Shown: positions 59,731 to 64,000 of the stretch, piece by piece
How positions within the stretch are numbered: the stretch's first letter is position 1
Layout of the letters: each line of letters opens with the position of its first letter
Source: Hydrogenobaculum sp. 3684
GTDB taxonomy: Bacteria; Aquificota; Aquificia; Aquificales; Aquificaceae
Reading direction: 5' to 3'
DNA length: 64,000 nucleotides
Assembly (NCBI RefSeq): GCF_000213785.1
Contig: NC_015557.1
Coordinates: 970,664 to 1,034,663, forward strand
Notes under the pieces: generated by a model
The model's input: only the letters and a program-made list of their open reading frames with translations
Told to the model about the DNA's origin: nothing
Databases searched by the model: none
Made by a program: the position numbers and the translations under genes

Positions 59731-60486
59731 TTAACCTCCTTTAAAGTTAATAGTAATTGTACCACTTTCTACTGGTCCATTTATAGGTTCAAATCTAAAC
59801 CTTCTTACGTAGTTTACCACCTCTCTATCCACATATGCTATACCGCTCCTTTTAAGGATAATAACCCTCGTGACATAACCAGAAGGTGATACAAAAATCC
59901 TTAAAACCATTGGTGCTGGAAACTCTCCAGCTCTTATAACAGGAGCGGGCGGTGCGTATATAAGCTTTCTAGAACCCTCATGAAGGTAAGACCCTTTTGA
60001 GCTTATGGTAGCGCTTAAATTTCCCACTTGTTTTATAGCCCCTTCTATGTCTGTTTGGGCTTGTTTTCTTTGAGCTTCGATTTCTTTTTCCAAAGATGAC
60101 AATACGCTGATGTTTTTTGGCGGTGCTTTTGGTGGATGGTGTACCACCGGGATTTTAATATCCCCTTTTTTAAAAACTTGTCTTTGTCTTAAAGCGCTTG
60201 TTTGCAAGGGTTTATGGACGCCTCTTGATGGTTTATAGCCTTTGGCTGGGCTTAAAGGTTTAGAGTAGCTTCTTTTCATATGAAATTTTTGAAGTTTTAT
60301 AGGTTTTGGCGGAGTTGGTACTTCTTTTGGTGGATTTATTAGCTGTACGTTAACAGGTGGATTTTGATATTGGCTTAGAAGTGGTCTCATGGTAAAAAGC
60401 ATGGCTAAACCAGAAAACAAGAATATGTTTATCAATATAGATACCAAAAAAAACGGTAATTCTTGCGTTTCTTGCTTTAAATCCAT
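59731..60486 (-). CDS. TonB-family protein (N-terminal TM anchor, Pro-rich linker, TonB-like C-terminal domain)
   Basis: PPKEVPTPPKP linker; C-terminus ...RFRFEPINGPVESGTITINF. Confidence 0.5.
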   Translation of the reverse strand: MDLKQETQELPFFLVSILINIFLFSGLAMLFTMRPLLSQYQNPPVNVQLINPPKEVPTPPKPIKLQKFHMKRSYSKPLSPAKGYKPSRGVHKPLQTSALRQRQVFKKGDIKIPVVHHPPKAPPKNISVLSSLEKEIEAQRKQAQTDIEGAIKQVGNLSATISSKGSYLHEGSRKLIYAPPAPVIRAGEFPAPMVLRIFVSPSGYVTRVIILKRSGIAYVDREVVNYVRRFRFEPINGPVESGTITINFKGG

Positions 60487-60521
60487 ACTAAATATATTAG
60501 CATATGATAGGTATCTAAGTT

Positions 60522-61295
60522 TTATTTATATAAGCTTCCAATAAAATCTTCAAAATGAGAAAAAGAAGATTGTTTAAATTCTAAGTATTTGGTTTTTAAC
60601 CAAAGCTGTATTATAAAGCTTTTGGCATCTATGTAATCTCTGTTTAAGATGTTCTCTATACCTTTTATGCATGAAACTTTTGTATATTCGTTTTCTTCTT
60701 TGTTGCCAGCCTCTTTCTTGCAAAGATGTTCTATCTCCTCTTTTTTGGCTTTTAAAAATAAAACATACAAAAATACTTCTTCAGAAGAATCTCCTATGGT
60801 TGGATAAAGAGATTTTATAAAAATAGGCTTAGATTCCATTAGGCTTTTGTATATATGTGATGTTGGTTCTATACCAAGCTCTTCTATAACCTCTTTTTTT
60901 ATAGTTTCTTCTATGGATTTTTCTAGATTGCCATGTCTTATAGCATCTATAAGGCCTGCCACTATTTCTTCTGCTTCATCTAAAATGGGATATCTAAACT
61001 GTTTTACGTTTAATTGATATATATCATCGGAAAATACAAATACGCCGATTGCCACAGCTTTTTTGCGAAGGGTTATTATGCCTCTATATAGGTTTTCAAG
61101 TTTTACAAACACTTGAACCCTTCCAAACTCTTTTCCAAAATATACGGCATCTTTTCCATATATTTTTATATATTCAATATCCTTGTGATGTTTTAGTTTA
61201 TCAGCCCATTCCCAAAACACATAGTTTGATTTGTCCAAAAATTTTTTTAACTTTTTATCCGAAAATCCTATAAACTTTATCTTGTCTAAATCCAT
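60522..61295 (-). CDS. hypothetical protein (possible degenerate Nudix box)
   Basis: KEVIEELGI resembles REUxEExGU, but the upstream Gx5E is imperfect. Confidence 0.35.
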   Translation of the reverse strand: MDLDKIKFIGFSDKKLKKFLDKSNYVFWEWADKLKHHKDIEYIKIYGKDAVYFGKEFGRVQVFVKLENLYRGIITLRKKAVAIGVFVFSDDIYQLNVKQFRYPILDEAEEIVAGLIDAIRHGNLEKSIEETIKKEVIEELGIEPTSHIYKSLMESKPIFIKSLYPTIGDSSEEVFLYVLFLKAKKEEIEHLCKKEAGNKEENEYTKVSCIKGIENILNRDYIDAKSFIIQLWLKTKYLEFKQSSFSHFEDFIGSLYK

Positions 61296-61296
61296 T

Positions 61297-61716
61297 TTAC
61301 TGTTTTATTCTTGCATCGGCACTAAGATAACCTGGCAGGCCAAAGGTTTGGTAAATAATTTTATATGTTGGAGTATCGTATTCCCATACGGCCATTCTTA
61401 AAGGTATTCTAAGCAAAAGCTTTGGTTTTATCTTAGAAGCATCTTTTATAAATAAATCTGGCGATGGAAGGGTTTTATTTTTTAACGTGTATTCCTCGTA
61501 GCAAATATCTTTTTCATCAAAAAGAGCGTATACCTTAAAACCATTTTTTTCTATTTCAAGGGCTCTTTTGGCATGCGGTGTAATATTTTTGTCTACGCTC
61601 AAAATCTTTACATGTTTGTACTCTTTTAAAAATGTATCGTAGGAATCACCTATATAACCAAAAGCCATTCTAAGCCCCATCCCCAAGACAACCACTGTAA
61701 AAAGAAAATTTTTCAC
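61297..61716 (-). CDS. hypothetical secreted protein
   Basis: N-terminal signal peptide; no motif. Confidence 0.35.
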   Translation of the reverse strand: MKNFLFTVVVLGMGLRMAFGYIGDSYDTFLKEYKHVKILSVDKNITPHAKRALEIEKNGFKVYALFDEKDICYEEYTLKNKTLPSPDLFIKDASKIKPKLLLRIPLRMAVWEYDTPTYKIIYQTFGLPGYLSADARIKQ

Positions 61717-62936
61717 AATACCCTCCTTAATCTATCTAAAAAACTAGGTGCTTTTATCTCTTGAGAAATTATTACTGGCATGCTGTAGCTAGAATCTCCA
61801 TAATTTATAATAAGAGTACCGATTACTTCGTTAGGTTTTATTGGAAATTTAATATCCTTTACAGGATAAAGAGAGTAAGTTATCTTCATGCCAGGATAAA
61901 CTACGGTGCTAAAATCATCAGATGCCAACATAGGAATCTCTTTTTTTATCCAAGGGACTTTGATAAAGCCTATCTGTTGATTTTTTGATATAAGTTTTTC
62001 GGTAGATAGCTGAGTTTTTGTCATGTCTATAAGGGTTATGGCATCTTTTAAAGCTGTGATAAGAGGAGATCTGCCAGATGCACCAAAGATTACTCCTAGT
62101 ATATCTATGTTGCCTTGTTTTGAATCAAAAACAAAGTTTGCACCAGCTGGTAAAGAAGAACCAGTTTTTACACCTACTATGTTGTCTTTACCAAGGTCGT
62201 AGTTTACGTTGTACTGTATACCAGCCACTGGTAAAACTACTTGAGGCATAGCTACTATATGCCTAAAAGTTGGGATTTGCATGGCAAGCTGGGTGAGTTT
62301 AAATTGATCTGTTGGTGTGCTTACAGTTCCAGCGCTAGCGCCTGATGGGTCTTCGTAACGCGTATCTTTTAGGCCAAGACTTTGAGCGGTTTTATTCATT
62401 TTATCTACAAAAGCTTTTACGCTACCTGCGTCCCATCTAGCCAATATATATGCAAAGTTGTTGGCAGACGGTATCATTAGACCTTCTAAAAGTTGTCTTT
62501 CTGTAAGTTTTTCCCCCAAGGTTACTTTTACTACAGATTGGCCATCTTTTTTAAAAGCTTCATATTCGTTTACCTCTTTTTGGGTGACGGTAACGGTAGG
62601 CCCATCTTGCCCTATTGAAAGAGGGTGATCTTTTAAAATTATATAGGCGGTCATTATTTTAGCTACGCTGGCTAACGGCCATTGACCTTGATTTGGGGTT
62701 TTTGATATGATACCGCTTTGAAGTGTACCAATTACTCCATACCTTATATCAGTGGGCCAAGAGATGTTAAAAGAACCTGGTATCTGTTGATCTTTCAAAG
62801 AAAGTTCTAACTTTGGCTTTGGCCAGCCTTTAAAAAGCTGAAAACCAACGTAAAAAATAAATCCAAGCACCAACAACACAAGAACCCTTTTTAGATTCTT
62901 GTGCTTAGCATATCTATCTTCTTCGTTGTAGTACAT
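61713..62936 (-). CDS. dacA: D-alanyl-D-alanine carboxypeptidase (S11, PBP5/6-like)
   Basis: SVAKIMT (SxxK), SANN and KTG-like motifs; N-terminal TM or signal sequence. Confidence 0.8.
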   Translation of the reverse strand: MYYNEEDRYAKHKNLKRVLVLLVLGFIFYVGFQLFKGWPKPKLELSLKDQQIPGSFNISWPTDIRYGVIGTLQSGIISKTPNQGQWPLASVAKIMTAYIILKDHPLSIGQDGPTVTVTQKEVNEYEAFKKDGQSVVKVTLGEKLTERQLLEGLMIPSANNFAYILARWDAGSVKAFVDKMNKTAQSLGLKDTRYEDPSGASAGTVSTPTDQFKLTQLAMQIPTFRHIVAMPQVVLPVAGIQYNVNYDLGKDNIVGVKTGSSLPAGANFVFDSKQGNIDILGVIFGASGRSPLITALKDAITLIDMTKTQLSTEKLISKNQQIGFIKVPWIKKEIPMLASDDFSTVVYPGMKITYSLYPVKDIKFPIKPNEVIGTLIINYGDSSYSMPVIISQEIKAPSFLDRLRRVL

Positions 62937-62958
62937 ATAGAAGTATTATAGCAAATCT

Positions 62959-63759
62959 TTATACGTTGGTTTTTTCTGATTTTAAAAGCATCAAAATAAC
63001 AGATCCAGATATAAAACTTAACAGCCCAAACAACTGTTCTAATGTAATGTGATTAAATACAACACGGCTTATTGTGTAATATCCTACTATAATATTTGAA
63101 ATTCCATAAAGCATGAGAAAAATAGAAAATACTTCTCCCATAAACCTATTTTGTTTTTTTATCACATAAAATATTAGGCTTATGCCAAACAGCAAAAACA
63201 ATATACCGTAAATAAACTGTACTGGATAAAAGGGAATAGAAGGAGGGGCTATATCACCAAACTTATAAACCACATAAAAAAACGGAAACACTCTCAAAAG
63301 GTGAAACCCAGGTGTAACATCCACTGCCATAGGTACAGGTCTTCCAAAACCAAAACCTACAAGACCTGCCGATATATAACCAAATCCAAGCATTAGAGAG
63401 CCTATTATAGAGGTTATATCAAGGGCTTTTAAAATAGGTATGTTGTACAACCAAGCCACGGAAACAACTCCTATTATAACACCTATCATAGTTCCGTAAT
63501 AATCGATACCGCCGTTCCATATTTGAAATACGCTTATGACGTTTGGTATCTGGTCGTGATTTTTGATAATATAAAAAAGTCTTCCAAAGAAAATACCAGA
63601 AAGCACTCCCGCCAAAAATATATTTTCCGTCTGGGATTTTAATATGCCTATATATCTAGAAATCTGCAACGACACAACGTAAGAGATAAAAAGGGATATG
63701 GTTATCATTAGGCCTAATGTGGATACAGCAAATTTGCCTATTCTTATGTAAAATGGCAT
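62959..63759 (-). CDS. lgt: prolipoprotein diacylglyceryl transferase
   Basis: Polytopic membrane protein matching the Lgt signature pattern (N-terminal helix; GGxDYYG-like region IWNGGIDYYG). Confidence 0.75.
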   Translation of the reverse strand: MPFYIRIGKFAVSTLGLMITISLFISYVVSLQISRYIGILKSQTENIFLAGVLSGIFFGRLFYIIKNHDQIPNVISVFQIWNGGIDYYGTMIGVIIGVVSVAWLYNIPILKALDITSIIGSLMLGFGYISAGLVGFGFGRPVPMAVDVTPGFHLLRVFPFFYVVYKFGDIAPPSIPFYPVQFIYGILFLLFGISLIFYVIKKQNRFMGEVFSIFLMLYGISNIIVGYYTISRVVFNHITLEQLFGLLSFISGSVILMLLKSEKTNV

Positions 63760-64000
63760 CAGAGCTTTTTCCAGATGGTGCCGGCCTTTGTATCCTCAAG
63801 CTTTATACCATAGTTTAGAAGCTCATCCCTTATGAAATCTGCTACTTTAAAATCTTTGTTTTCTTTTGCCAAGTTTCTAGCTTTTATCAAAATTTCTAAA
63901 AATTCTGTGGATATATTGACGCTTGAAGCTGGTTCCAACGTCTTAAGAGTGTTTTGTAAGGTGTTTTCTTCTAAAAGCCCAAAAATATCTTTTAACGTCT
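63759..64000 (-). CDS. cysS: cysteinyl-tRNA synthetase, C-terminal fragment (the 5' end lies beyond the window)
   Basis: Minus-strand translation ...[40 protein letters not shown] matches the CysRS C-terminal anticodon-binding tail. The stop codon overlaps the lgt start (ATGA). Confidence 0.7.

Overview
This is an AT-rich, gene-dense chromosomal window that looks Aquificae-like: leuS is split (only the alpha subunit is present), carB is split (only the N-terminal half is present), and atp genes are scattered. Most of it is core housekeeping. The recognisable genes are hup (5'-partial), rsmA, leuS-alpha, dxs, truA, an alpha-glucan phosphorylase, purE, purA, purC, hisC, dnaN, atpC, rpsT, carB N-terminal half, tatAC, a prepilin peptidase, secD, hpf, a DacA-like carboxypeptidase, lgt and a partial cysS.

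Four regions stand out.

1. About 14.9-27.3 kb, minus strand. A complete sulfur-oxidising heterodisulfide-reductase-like (sHdr) and lipoate-binding-protein (LbpA) island. It carries tusA, four DsrE-family paralogs, hdrC1B1A-hyp-hdrC2B2, two GcvH-like LbpA genes, a thioredoxin-like gene and a radical-SAM protein that is probably a lipoyl synthase. Immediately downstream is a SudAB/NfnAB-like flavoprotein pair.

2. 37.7-42.9 kb. A DabB / extra-membrane-protein / DabA (DUF2309) inorganic-carbon pump operon. Next to it is a tiny secreted His/Lys-rich protein.

3. 44.9-53.8 kb, an accessory island. It holds a 1087-aa SF1 helicase fused to a C-terminal DUF559/Vsr-like endonuclease, with a coiled-coil membrane partner. 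About 45-bp direct repeats bracket this pair. It also holds two Rpn-family (PD-(D/E)xK, transposase_31-like) genes. One is flanked by arrays of 18-bp-phased repeats with a GTGGYAKACTTGT core. An orphan 8-repeat CRISPR array with no cas genes in the window sits at the far end.

4. After tRNA-Ser(TGA) there is a remnant of an integrated element: a membrane protein followed by a truncated S24/LexA-like peptidase fragment.

Two further observations. A roughly 115-bp intergenic element, including a hairpin whose stem shows covariation, occurs twice. Several genes carry perfect recent tandem duplications of 15, 24 and 87 bp.

Every call rests on reading the translated ORFs and the DNA by eye. No database search was run.
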